A DNA stretch of 64,000 bases from Mobula hypostoma (taxonomy: Eukaryota), in contig NC_086097.1 of NCBI RefSeq assembly GCF_963921235.1, positions 71,860,001-71,924,000 on the forward strand, in the 5' to 3' direction. Of this stretch, positions 12,675-25,196 are shown piece by piece (position 1 is the stretch's first letter; every line of letters starts with the position of its first letter). The position numbers were made by a program, and so were the translations under genes. The notes beneath the pieces were generated by a model that did no database searches, was not told the DNA's origin, and saw only the letters and a program-made list of their open reading frames with translations.

Positions 12675-14042
12675 TAGAAACATAGAAACATAGAAAATAG
12701 GTGCAGGAGTAGGCCATTCGGCCCTTCGAGCCTGCGCCGCCATTTATTATGATCATGGCTGATCATCCAACTCAGAACCCAGCCTTCCCTCCATACCCCC
12801 GACCCCTGTAGCCACAAGGGCCATATCTAACTCCCTCTTAAACATAGCCAATGAACTGGCCTCAACAGTTTGCTGTGGCAGAGAATTCCACAGATTCACC
12901 ACTCTCTGTGTGAAGAAGTTTTTCCTAATCTCGGTCCTAAAAGGCTTCCCCTCTATCCTCAAACTGTGACCCCTCGTTCTGGACCTCCCCAACATCGGGA
13001 ACAATCTTCCCGCATCTAGCCTGTCCAATCCCTTTAGGATCTTATACGTTTCAATCAGATCCCCCCTCAATCTTCTAAATTCCAACGATAACAAGCCCAG
13101 TTCATCCAGTCTTTCTTCATATGAAAGACCTGCCATCCCAGGAATCAATCTGGTGAACCTTCTTTGTACTCCCTCTATGGCAAAGATGTCTTTCCTCAGA
13201 TTAGGAGACCAAAACTGCACACAATACTCCAGGTGTGGTCTCACCAAGGCCTTGTACAACTGCAGTAGTACCTCCCTGCTCCTGTACTCGAATCCTCTTG
13301 CTATAAATGCCAGCATACCGTTCGCCTTTTTCACCGCCTGCTGTACCTGCATGCCCACTTTCAATGACTGGTGTATAATGACACCCAGGTCTCGTTGCAC
13401 CTCCCCTTTTCCTAATCGGCCACCATTCAGATAATAATCTGTTTTCCTATTTTTGCCACCAAAGTGGATAACTTCACATTTATCCACATTAAATTGCATC
13501 TGCCATGAGTTTGCCCACTCACCCAACCTATCCAAGTCACCTTGCATCCTCTTAGCATCCTCCTCACTGCTAACACTGCCACCCAGCTTCGTGTCATCCG
13601 CAAACTTGGAGATGCTGCATTTAATTCCCTCATCCAAGTCATTAATATATATTGTAAACAACTGGGGTCCCAGCACTGAGCCTTGCGGTACCCCACTAGT
13701 CACCGCCTGCCATTCTGAAAAGGTCCCGTTTATTCCCACTCTTTGCTTCCTGTCTGCTAACCAATTCTCCACCCACACCAATACCTTACCTCCAATACTG
13801 TGTGCTTTAAGTTTGCACACTAACCTCCTGTGTGGGACCTTGTCAAAAGCCTTTTGAAAATCCAAATATACCACATCCACTGGTTCTCCCCTATCCACTC
13901 TACTAGTTACATCCTCAAAAAATTCTATGAGATTCGTCAGACATGATTTTCCTTTCACAAATCCATGCTGACTTTGTCCGATCATTTCACCGCTTTCCAA
14001 ATGTGCTGTTATCACATCCTTGATAACTGACTCCAGCAGTTT
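12675..14042 (-). mobile_element. Young 5'-truncated CR1 (RT to 3' tail), open reading frame retained
   Basis: ORF 12753..14189 has YLDFQKAFDKV, GVPQGSVLGP and FADD, and is nearly identical to 59025-60394. (CATAGAAA)n tail at 12675-12697. Confidence 0.96.
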
Positions 14043-17000
14043 TAATGAATCAAAAGCTGGACAAAAATGAAAGTTATTAGCAACATCACAAGGAAGAATG
14101 AAAAGATAGCAATGGGAGAGCTTTAGAGAAGGATCTTCAGATCTTAGGAGCAAGGAGGTTGAAAGAATGTCACATTCCCTTATCTCCATAATCTATCTCA
14201 CTTCCAGCAATGTGGATGGCCTCAGCAATCTACATCTTTCACCTAACAGAAGGCTTCTTTCTCCATTATGCAACTGCCAAACACAATGTACCTCTCTGTA
14301 TATGATCTGCTTCTCTCCTCATGGACTGCTGCTCCTCTCTGACTTTCTTCCCATTTTAGTCCCTGTTTCTCTCCCTCCAAAATTCACCCTCACTGACCCA
14401 CCCTCTGTGATCTGGCCTGATTTGTTTCTTCCCCGTTTGTCACGGGTTGACCCCGCATGGTCCTATGCTGTAGTCTATCAAAGACTTTCCCCATCTGCAA
14501 GTCACCCTCCTCTTAATCTGACCAGCTATGAACATAGAGTGATACAATATCAATATGGCTTGGCTTTTCAGGAATTTCTGTTCCGTGTCTCATTCCTTTC
14601 ACTCCTCACCCTGACTCTCAGGAACATTGTTTGCACAATTGAAATAGATTGCTTGTATTGTGGAATTTATTTTTAATTCATCTACTTCCGGTCCATTTGT
14701 TCCCAATGGGTAAATGATTCTTTAATCAGAAATTGATTGTTAATGAGTGTGACACAAGAAATCAGTTCAAGTTTGGTGGATCTATTTTTTACAACAAATG
14801 TACTAGCAGAATTACCACAACAAAAAATGTAAGCTTAAAGTATAATTTTGGACTTCAATTATCCAAGAAAGTGATATATATTTGGTTTCAGAAGATGACA
14901 TTTAATTTAATATACTGTTAGATCATCATTGTATGGAAGTGCAGGAGCTGGAGAAGGTTTCATTTAGGTGATGAATTAATAATGCATTTATCTATTCGGT
15001 TTATTATAATAATAATAAACTGCTTGATTCCTCAAATAGGTGATTAAGAAGTGATGATATTTAAGAATTGCCATATCAGCATCAGAGCTAACTGCCTATG
15101 TTATGGAAGTTTAAGAGGACCGATACCACATTTCAGAATAACGGGTTGACTTCTAGAATAATGTGTTTTCCGCTAATTTATGTAGACTAAGTAATAAGGG
15201 CCAGTAATAGCAAGGTTTAAGCTGAGGAGAACATATTAATCTATTCTGTCCTCTTACTTCTTCACTAATGTACATTGAATTGAGGCCAGGAATAAAAACT
15301 TGAAGTATTCAGTTCCAGAATGGTGCAGTGTGTTAAACAGAGTGTGGATGAATTGCCATCTGTTTTATTCAGATTCTTGCTGTAATTTTTATTATTCATT
15401 TAATTTTTACAGGTTTATAGATAACATCTTTGCATTAAAGAATGACATTCAATGATCTTGTTCTGTCCCATTGCCTGATGTTAACTGTATTACTTGAAGA
15501 AAATCCCAATTTAATCTTTCAAAACCTAGACAGATTTTTCAACATTTTCATCTCCAGTGCCCAATATAATTGGAATATCATTGTACTTGAGAGATTGTTT
15601 CAAAGGCATACACATAAAATTCATGATTGTTTTTTTTCTGAGATTTGTTGTTTTCTGATGCAAATTTGTCTTTTTTTAAGCATTTCACTGCACACCACTT
15701 CGTGGACTGGACAAACCTTTTAAAATCTGCTGGTCTTCAATGCTAGAATTTGAAGGGATTTGGATATAAAGTACTAAATCAATGCTTCCAGCTTCAGTGA
15801 TAAGTATGTGCAATGTTCAAATGACTGAGGGCACCTGCAATAAAAATGTTGATTGGTCTGATACAATGACAAGCTGGAAGGTAAAACGTTAAGTAATCTG
15901 ACAGAGGTACAAGAGATGATACATTTACAAGTCTAGCATTAACTGTATAAGATAACATGTTGATAAGAACTCACTGGCTAGAGGATTTTGTTAGCCTGAC
16001 ACTTGACAAATTGAACTAAGCTGCGCAGCAACTTTCAGAAACATGGCATAGAAGTTGGAGAATGATATGTAGTTTTGCGCAAGTGATATTTTGTACTCCT
16101 TAATTTGTCAGGCAATTGAAAAATACAAGGAGAATTCTTCAGAATCTTACAAGATGTTGGATAAGTTTTCTGGAACTTCTATCAAGAGCAAGATTAATTC
16201 AAAACTTGTGCACTAAATATAATTAATAATTTAAGCTAAATAGAATAAGACAAAATTCTCTGAATGATTAATAACAGCAGGCTAACTCAGCTATCTTTCT
16301 TGGCATTTTAAACTATCACCAAGTCTTTTATTGTGGCTATTTCAAGGTTATTTTCAAACTGCTGCAGAATGATTTGAAGCCTGACTAAAGCAAATTTATA
16401 AACAGTAGTTCTATTGTGTGCACTAACTAGTTTTTATAATAAAATGTGATTTTTTATAACTACTTTAAAATGAGGCAACCATTGCCCACACATTGAGTGA
16501 AATCCGATGAACTTTCCTAAACCAGCACAATGGGAGATACTCTCAGATCTAACCACGTATCATGGCTGGATAATGGTCAGAATCTGATCTGGCAGATTGT
16601 TCTTTGGCCCAGGAATGGATGTAGACTTGTCATTTTAGGAATTGCTGAGATTAAAGATTCCGCAATCATTATACTACTTTGGCTGAATCCCCACAATAAA
16701 TCACCCCTCCAAGCCTTCCAATTTAGATATTATCTGTGTCAATGAGAGTGAACGTATAATATTTCATATCATTTGTATGCACACTGAGGTTTTCCACACA
16801 CCGAAACTTGCTCAAATTTATCAATTGTGCAGAACATGCCAGCATCTCTGCATTTTATTATCCCCAATAAACCTATCATTATGTACCTATCACCTACTTC
16901 AATTATACTCAGAAGAAATGAGATTGTGGTGACTGGAGAATCTTATAGGCAAGATGCCAGAATTGAAGGCCCCTTAAAAGCATTGGGGTTTATTTAAATC

Positions 17001-20000
17001 ATATGCCTGTGTAACTCAGTGCAAGGAAATTTCTGAGTGCATTGATAAAAATAGCCATACCTGTATATAACTGCATCTTGATGACAATCTGTGCAAGCTT
17101 AACAACACACATGATGTAATGTTAATGGAAACATTCACCAGGCAGAGAAATTAGTTTTTATCTAGTTGTTTATCCGGACACAAAGTATGGCAGACCACAA
17201 TGGTTGGGAAGCTTTGGGAGCCATGGAACCAATGACATTTTTGTCATTCCAAGCCTGCAATCCATACCACAAACAAAGAATTAGATTACTAATGTACTAC
17301 ATCTCAAAATACAGAAAAAGACCAGAGCCATTTCATAGATACACGTGGTTATTTACAATATGATTCTTTCTGCTGGCATAAGTAATAACTTAATCTACTG
17401 ACTAAAGCATAAACTAATTGGTTTAAGATTATTTTTGATTTCATACCACAAAGCTGATTATGTTGATTAAGCTGTGGCATTCATTAGACAGCTGCTAAAT
17501 CAAATGTTTCTTTGAACCTTGCACATTTTCACTTCAACTTGACATTTGAATATTTAAAAAATTGTGTTTTCTTTAAATTGGCCAGAAAATAAGTTTTAAT
17601 TTTGGGAATGTTGAAAATGTGGGAGAATTATACATGTCTTGAATGACAATAGAGTGAAATAGAGGAATGAAAAACCTGTTTATTGGTGTCTTTCCTTTTT
17701 CCCTCTGATGCATTTGCCCTTTGACTGTGCATTGCATATGTACCACGTGCTGAAGCTGACAATTCCAGTGTGTATTACTTGAAATATATTAATAGTCTTC
17801 ATGTAACATTAGTCAAAATAAAAACCAGCTCAACTTTTAAATGATAATCCCAAAGGCAGCTCATCACAATCTGACAAAGACTCTTTTTCAGTAGCATTGT
17901 TTCTAAATATGAACGTGCCTGGTAATTGAAAATTTCTGCCTATGATGCCAAGTTTACTTGTAACATGCAAGTTCAAATTGTTGGTAAGTCATTTATTTTG
18001 TTTTGCTTTGTAATTGCCTTCAACTATGATAAAGTAGGTGAATGGATAGTCATACTTATTTAAGGAAGTGTATCTGAACTTGGAAATTTCCCAGCCCACC
18101 CTACGGAGGTAGTCCACATTCTAATTAAATCATGAAGTTACTGATTTGAGTCAATAATGTGGTAGCATGTCATTAACAAAGCAAGTGCTGCTTGCTTTGG
18201 GGTCTTCTTGATGACAGAAACACCAAGTTTTCTCACCAGACTTGGTGGCATAGCTGTCTCTATTAGTTGTAAGTATTTCTGTCTGTATACAGAAAAGGGC
18301 AGATGCAATGTAATGGAATGGAAGGAACACAAGAAAAACTTTTACCTTCAACTCAGTATCCACAAATACATAACTTCTAATGAGCCCACTTTAATGAACT
18401 GCATAACATTTATAAAATGGTACTTCAGTTAGAAGTAATGTAGTTGTGCAAACTTCACAGCATTCCCCATTTGTTAATAGGTGTATTTGATTATGGCCCA
18501 CAGGATCTTGGAAAAAGATTCAGATCACTCAAACTGAGCTTTGTTGGATCCATTTAACTTATTTTCAGATAGGCTAATGTACAGAGTGCTGAACTCAAGG
18601 CAAGAAAAAAAAAATCTCTATACTAAAGGCTGACATCGGTTGGCAGATCTAGCCTGCAGCCATGGCGGAAAACGACCTTTGAAGAGGAAAAAATAATTCT
18701 GTATGGAACCCAACTGTGATTAAATGAAATGGATTTCTGTTGAATTACTGATGGACTTAGCCTTTTCCTCAGGGAATGGCTGTCACTGTTTCCTGTGGCT
18801 CATTGCAGGAAAGTAATTCCCACTTTGCAGGTGTTTCATACTGATAACTAGATGAATACAACCCAATCTGAACTTAAATTATTTGCATAATTTCATTAAA
18901 ACAAAAATTTGTTTGTTGCAATTAACAACAATGCTACGATTTTGCTAAGGTACTACATCAGTATTTTGTTGGCAATTGTTGAGATATTGATAAATTATTA
19001 TATGCAAATCATTATGGTCAGTGAAATCCTGGATCATCTTTATTTTGAGATGAGTATACTTGAGATTAGCTGGTGGGGACAGTGGTGAGTATGATATTTG
19101 GGAACAGAGTTTCCTCCACCCTAAAGTGTGAATAACAAACTGTTTGGCTGTAGGTATATAGATGTTATCATGCACTGTCATTGAAAATTACAGTACTTGT
19201 AGAGCTATTGAAATGCATGAAATTAACTCATCAGAAAAAGAGTTTCTTCTTATAACACATGTTAAGCAATTCGATGTTGGAAAGTCAGTAGTGGTAAGTT
19301 CCAGAGAGCAACTGTGTGTGCTATCATTGCTAAAAGGTTGAGGGAAACTTATTACACATTCCTCTCTTGCATGCTTCCTTACTGATGGTGCGCTGCAGTT
19401 ATTCATTTTAAATTCTTTATGAGCTAATAACAGTATTTTAAATTATTTTCATGTTGTTTCTGTCACAACCAAGGAATCTGCCATGGAGTCTGGGCGCTCT
19501 CGCAGGCAGGCAGCAGAAGAAGACAGCAATCGTGCACATGAGAAAGCACATTAAGGTTTCTTTGTAATTACATTTAATTCCCTTCCTTTCGTTTCAGTCT
19601 TGACAAGTATTAACTGAAGCACAGCAATGGCAACACTCTCTCCTTACTCCAGTCCACATTCCAGGAAAGAAGACTGGCACAAAGGTTGCTCTCAAGGATG
19701 AATGTAAGAACCATGCTGGATGTGTTCCTGGTGAGAGGGTGAATAGAAAAGAATATTATCCAAATACACAAATACAAACTGATTCAACACGTCGTTGACC
19801 AGGGCCTGAAAAACAGCAGGGCAATAGCCAAACCAAATGGCACTCATAGTGGCCATTGGAAGTGTTGAATGCAACCCTTCTCTGATACGAACCAGGTTGT
19901 AAGCAATGTGCAGATCTATCTTGGAGAATATGGTTGTTCCCTGGAGATGTTCAAATACAGAAGTAAGCAGGGGAAGAGAGTACTGGTCCTTCACTCTGAT

Positions 20001-20649
20001 GTTATTGAGGGGCCGATAATCAACACAGGGACGGAACTTGCTATCCATTTTGTTCACAAAAAAGGAGCTCACCTCTGTTGGTGAGGTTGATGGACTAATG
20101 AATCCTAGGGCCTTGATGCATTCTTCAATTACCCCTTTCAGGATGAGAAAGTGAAAAGATCTGCTCCCTGGCAGAATTAGAATTTAGTAAGAGGTCAATG
20201 GTGCGGTCATGTACTCAGTCTAGAGCCAGGGAAGTTGCTTTCTTCTCACTGAAGATTTCAAGAAGGTAAGCTTATTCAGCTGGGACAGCAGACAGGTCCA
20301 CAGCAGCAGTTGGCACAGGAGGGGATATGCTGATGGGGGCTTGGGCTAGACCCAGACAGGTAGACAGACATGCCAGACCCCACTCTTGGAGTGCCCTTAT
20401 GGACTAATTGATCCACCGCCAAGCACCTGCGGCATTTCAGCTGAATCAACAAGACAGAAGAAGAGCCGTTCCCTTTGGTTGCCTTCTAACACAAATGCGA
20501 AGAGTGTGATCCAGAGGAATTTTCTTGAGTTCTTGAGTTGCAGATTGGGACATCCTGAGAAAGTCTCTCATGTGGGACTTCCAGCAGGCACAGGTCTCCG
20601 GTGCTCTGGGAGGCACACCGGGGGGGACGGAGTGGTTGCTGTGATACCT

Positions 20650-20900
20650 GTTGTTATGCGATGGCAGTACATTGCAAACATAATAATAAAAAACTGGGAA
20701 TTACAGTCATAAAAATACGTGAATAAATTTAAATTAAATAACTAGTGCAAAAGGAGAAAATAAGTGGTTCATGGGTTTAATGAACAAATCCAGAAATTTG
20801 ATGGTAGAGGGAAAGAAGCTGTTCCTGAATCAGTGAGTGTGTGCCTTCAGGTTTCTATACCTCCTCCCTGATGGTGGCAATGAGAAGAGGGCATGTCCTT
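20650..20900 (-). mobile_element. Rex1/L2-clade LINE 3' end
   Basis: Antisense 3' signature gaagctgttcctgaatcagtgagtgtgtgccttcagg...cctcctccctgatgg...gagaagagggcatgtcc, shared with other Rex1-like ends in the window. Confidence 0.7.
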
Positions 20901-21054
20901 GCTTCAGTCTTGTCAAGTCTTGACTGAAGAACGGTGATGATAACACTCCCTGCTTACCTTAGCCCATGTTCTGGGAAAGAAAGGAGTAAAGGAGTAGTGT
21001 TAGTTCAGTTGCTGGTGAACGCAGCAGGCCAAGCAGCATCTATAGGAAGAGGCG

Positions 21055-21092
21055 CAGTCGACGTTTCAGGCTGAGACCCTTCGTCAGGACTA
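21055..21092 (-). ncRNA. Minimal type-I hammerhead ribozyme motif (Penelope pseudo-LTR), core intact
   Basis: RNA reads UAGUC-CUGACGA-A-GGGU CUCA GCCU-GAAA-C-GUC^GACUG. Stem I is UAGUC/GACUG, stem II is 4 bp, and stem III is a palindromic ACGU. Predicted cleavage is between 21060 and 21059. Confidence 0.75.
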
Positions 21093-21388
21093 ACTGAAGG
21101 AAGAGTGAGTAAGGGATTTGAAAGCTGGAGGGGGAGGGGGAGATGCAAAATGATAGGAGAAGACAGGAGGGGGAGGGATAGAGCCGAGAGCTGGACAGGT
21201 GATAGGCAAAAGGGGATACGAGAGGATCATGGGACAGGAGGTCCGGGAAGAAAGACAAGGAGGGAGGGGTGACCCAGAGGATGGCCAAGAGGTATATTCA
21301 GAGGGACAGAGGGAGAAAAAGGAGAGTGAGAGAAAGAATGTGTGCATAAAAATGAGTAACAGATGGGGTGCGAGGGGGAGGTGGGGCC

Positions 21389-22067
21389 TTAGCGGAAGTT
21401 AGAGAAGTCGATGTTCATGCCATCAGGTTGGAGGCTACCCAGACGGAATATAAGGTGTTGTTCCTCCAACCTGAGTGTGGCTTCATCTTTACAGTAGAGG
21501 AGGCCGTGGATAGACATGTCAAAATGGGAATGGGATGTGGAATTAAAATGTGTGGCCACTGGGAGATCCTGCTTTCTCTGGCGGACAGAGCGTAGATGTT
21601 CAGCAAAGCGGTCTCCCAGTCTGCGTCGGGTCTCACCAATATATAAAGGCCACATCGGGAGCACCGGACGCAGTATATCACCCCAGTCGACTCACAGGTG
21701 AAGTGATGCCTCACCTGGAAGGACTGTTTGGGGCCCTGAATGGTGGTAAGGGAGGAAGTGTAAGGGCATGTGTAGCACTTGTTCCGCTTACACGGATAAG
21801 TGCCAGGAGGGAGATCAGTGGGGAGGGATGGGGGGGACGAATGGACAAGGGAATTGTGTAGGGAACGATCCCTGCGGAATGCAGAGAGAGGGGGGGAGGG
21901 AAAGATGTGCTTAGTGGTGGGATCCCGTTGGAGGTGGCGGAAGTTACGGAGAATAATATGTTGGACCCGGAGGCTGGTGGGGTGGTAGGTGAGGACCAGG
22001 GGAACCCTATTCCGAGTTGGGTGGTGGGAGGATGGAGTGAGAGCAGATGTACGTGAAATGGGGGAGA
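21389..22067 (-). pseudogene. Penelope GIY-YIG endonuclease region, left arm, frameshifted at the YIG motif (~21645)
   Basis: ORFs 21415..22077 and 21389..21664 together encode the same peptide as the right arm. Confidence 0.9.
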
Positions 22068-22734
22068 TCACGTACATCTGCTCTCACTCCATCCTCCCAC
22101 CACCCCACTAGGAATAGGGTTCCCCTGGTCCTCACCTACCACCCCACCAGCCTCCGGGTCCAACATATTATTCTCCGTAACTTCCGCCACCTCCAACGGG
22201 ATCCCACCACTAAGCACATCTTTCCCTCCCCACCTCTCTGCATTCCGCAGGGATCGTTCCCTACACAATTCCCTTGTCCATTCGTCCCCCCCATCCCTCC
22301 CCACTGATCTCCCTCCTGGCACTTATCCTTGTAAGCGGAACAAGTGCTACACATGCCCTTACACTTCCTCCCTTACCACCATTCAGGGCCCCAAACAGTC
22401 CTTCCAGGTGAGGCATCACTTCACCTGTGAGTCGACTGGGGTGATATACTGCGTCCGGTGCTCCCGATGTGGCCTTTTATATATTGGTGAGACCCGACGC
22501 AGACTGGGAGACCGCTTTGCTGAACATCTATGCTCTGTCTGCCAGAGAAAGCAGGATCTCCCAGTGGCCACACATTTTAATTCCACATCCCATTCCCATT
22601 TTGACATGTCTATCCACGGCCTCCTCTACTGTAAAGATGAAGCCACACTCAGGTTGGAGGAACAACACCTTATATTCCGTCTGGGTAGCCTCCAACCTGA
22701 TGGCATGAACATCGACTTCTCTAACTTCCGCTAA
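22068..22734 (+). pseudogene. Penelope GIY-YIG endonuclease region, right arm, with one frameshift near 22230
   Basis: Reads RVPLVLTYHP...CKRNKCYTC...FTCESTGVIYCVRCSRCGLLYIGETRRRLGDRFAEHL...LEEQHLIFRLGSLQPDGMN. Confidence 0.9.
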
Positions 22735-23029
22735 GGCCCCACCTCCCCCTCGCACCCCATCTGTTACTCATTTTTATGCACACATTCTTTCTCTCACTCT
22801 CCTTTTTCTCCCTCTGTCCCTCTGAATATACCTCCTGCCCATCCTCTGGGTCACCCCCCCTCCTTGTCTTTCTTTCCGGACCTCCTGTCCCATGATCCTC
22901 TCGTATCCCCTTTTGCCTCTCACTTGTCCAGCTCTCGGCTCTATCCCTCCCCCTCCTGTCTTCTCCTATCATTTTGGATCTCCCTCTCCCCCTCCAGCTT
23001 TCAAATCCCTTACTCACTCTTCCTTCAGT

Positions 23030-23067
23030 TAGTCCTGACGAAGGGTCTCGGCCTGAAACATCGACTG
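23030..23067 (+). ncRNA. Minimal type-I hammerhead ribozyme motif (right arm), stem III mutated (GUC to AUC)
   Basis: tagtc-ctgacga-a-gggtctcggcct-gaaa-c-atc-gactg. Confidence 0.65.
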
Positions 23068-23644
23068 CGCCTCTTCCTATAGATGCTGCTTGGCCTGCTG
23101 CGTTCACCAGCAACTTTGATGTATGTTGCTTGAATTTCTAGCATCTGCAGAATTCCTGTTGTTAGTGTTAGTTCAGTATTAGCTTACTGCTTCTGAGATG
23201 CAGTGACAGCATTGGATTTTAACTTGAGAGGTTTAGTTAGTGGCCCTGTTAGCCTAGCATTTATTATTTTCCTTTTGTTCTGTACAGTTCCCGTTAAAAC
23301 TCAGTGAACAGTTCATTCCACTTCGGTGTGAGTCCCTCTGTACGTGGGCCCTCACTAAACTCCTGTCAGCAAGACTTGACTGCAGGTGGTTTGGGCCACT
23401 CAGTAATTGCCATGAACTTTACGGGGTCTATTTGAACATTGAGCATATAGCCCACGAACAACACTTGCTCTTTGTGGAACTCACATCTCTCTCTCTCTGT
23501 CTCTGTCTCTCTTTCTCTCTCACTAACTTTGTGATGGATTAGCTTCCATCGTCACAGACAACTGAATTTTCAACAACATCAAAAATTTCAACTTCTTCCG
23601 TGACAGTGCAGCTTGTGTACTACAGCAAACTGCAGCTAATTTTT

Positions 23645-23990
23645 ACAGATGGAGAGCATTCTAACTGGATGCATCACAGCCTGGTATACAGGCTGCAATG
23701 CAGAGGATTGCAAGAAGCTGCAGAGAGTTATAGATTCAGCCATCTCAATCATGGCCACACCATCCCCCACTAACAAGGACATCTTCAAGAGGTGGTGCCT
23801 CCAGGAAGTGGCTTCCTCTATATAGGACCCTCAACATTCAGTATGTTCTCTCTTCTCATTACTGCCATCGGAGAGGAGGTATGAGAGCCTGAAGACTCAC
23901 ACTCAATGATTCAGAAACAGCTACTTCCCCTTCATCATCTTAATGATCAATGAACTCATGAATTCGAACTCATTTGTTCCTTTTTTGCAT
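23645..23990 (+). mobile_element. Rex1/L2-clade LINE 3' fragment
   Basis: Reads ESILTGCITAWY...CKKLQRV, followed by ctcttctcattactgccatcggagaggaggt and cagaaacagctacttcccc. Confidence 0.75.
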
Positions 23991-25053
23991 TAGTCTGAAG
24001 GTTTTTCTCAGTACCTTTCCAAAATCTGTGAAATGCCTACCACTCTGGAATGCCAAAGACGGAAAATAGAAGGGAATGCCGTAGGTTACCTTTTCCCTCC
24101 CAGACACACACTATTCTGATTTGAAAATATATTTCATTTCTAGACGTCATTCTAGAATTCCCTACTGATAAGCATGCTGACTAGAACAACAGCAGTGCTT
24201 TAAGAAGGTACATTGCCACCTTCCAAAGGTAATTAGGGATGGAAATAAATTTTGGTTTAGTACTGATACAATCACCCTACCAGTGATGAAAAGCAAGCTC
24301 AAAAACTTCTCATCTTCTGTCAAAACAGATGGGTAAGGCTCCATCTCAATCTGATTTATGATACTAATTACATATCTGTTATGCAGAGTTAAACAGCCGC
24401 AGGGAAATTCCAGTTAGAATGTCTTTCAAGCAAAATTGTGCAAGTCAAGTAATATAAATAAAAAGGATTCATGTTTAAAATGCACAGTTATAACTCGGGT
24501 AGGAATGATCTCTTTGTCACTCTAAAATCTAACTGTTACTGTGTAGCATTGGATCTGTCAGCCTGCCAAAGCCCTGCAGGGAAATAACCTGCAGCAATGT
24601 ATCTGTGCTTGTTTGCAGGGTGGTGATGCTGTTGAAATGTACTATTGTACAATTGTCCACTGGTTATGATCGATGGCACATCCTCCTGAAGGAACGGTTG
24701 CACCTTATGGAATGATTGTGCAACTGTGCACGAGTGGCAGGAAGATTTATGATGCAGATGGCAACACAAAATGTCTGGCAGCAGGATGAACAAGCACCAA
24801 CCAGCTTGTACACAGAAGCAAATTAATATGGTTCAGCCAAAAGATTTGCTGTGGCCATCTCAGCATGTAAAGCACACAGGAAGAAAATGAACAGCTCCGA
24901 AAATATTGCAGGCCTTCATCCTGAAAACTGCTTGCACAGCATTTCCACACATGCCCTTTTGTGATGCCCTCACCAAGTTTTGCTTGGTACTATGGATGCA
25001 TGTACAGAGGTCGTATCTCCACAGCAGCTGGAACGTGTAGTTTGCCTGCCACT

Positions 25054-25196
25054 GAGCAACAAACAATCTGGTGAAGGAACTCAGTGGGTTGAGCAGCATC
25101 TGTGGGAGAGAGGAATTGTGGGCAATCCTTGTCTCTCATCCCCCCCCCAGATGCTGCTCAACCTGCTGAGTTCTTCTGGCAGATAGTTTGCTGCTC
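25054..25196. repeat. Short imperfect inverted repeat made of Penelope pseudo-LTR-like termini
   Basis: gaactcagtgggttgagcagcatctg (25078-25103) pairs with cagatgctgctcaacctgctgagttc (25148-25173). Confidence 0.75.

Larger units (their letters stand above)
21010..23162. mobile_element. Penelope-like element insertion forming a fold-back palindrome: two ~1.05-kb 3' fragments in inverted orientation with an 11-nt spacer
   Basis: 21010-22056 is the reverse complement of 22068-~23112. Spacer aatgggggaga at 22057-22067. 15-bp TSD tagtgttagttcagt at 20995-21009 and 23163-23177. Confidence 0.95.
19461..23370. mobile_element. Decayed Ty3/Gypsy locus: LTR pieces (19461-~19680; ~20900-23370) flanking a minus-strand pol fragment (~19690-20400)
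   Basis: ORF 19692..20072 reads RPCVDYRPLN...FSKIDL..AYNLVRIREG...FVFVYLDNIL. 19592-19670 resembles 20903-20980. 19461-19550 and 23220-23340 match the reverse complement of 37155-37631. Confidence 0.75.

Noticed and set aside
13153..13857. Antisense ORFs repeated at 46923-47870 and 59210-59914
   Set aside because: They are shadows of CR1 ORF2; the recurrence reflects copy identity, not separate genes.
14043..14189. N-terminal extension of the 478-aa ORF
   Set aside because: It is chance read-through into flanking DNA beyond the CR1 truncation point, with no evidence of a fusion gene.
14167..14676. 169-aa ORF
   Set aside because: No recognisable domain. It is pyrimidine-rich and possibly a very old Penelope-like remnant, but too decayed to call.
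18655..18682. Strong Kozak context gcagccATGG
   Set aside because: The frame stops after six codons (ATG GCG GAA AAC GAC CTT TGA) and there is no splice donor before the stop.
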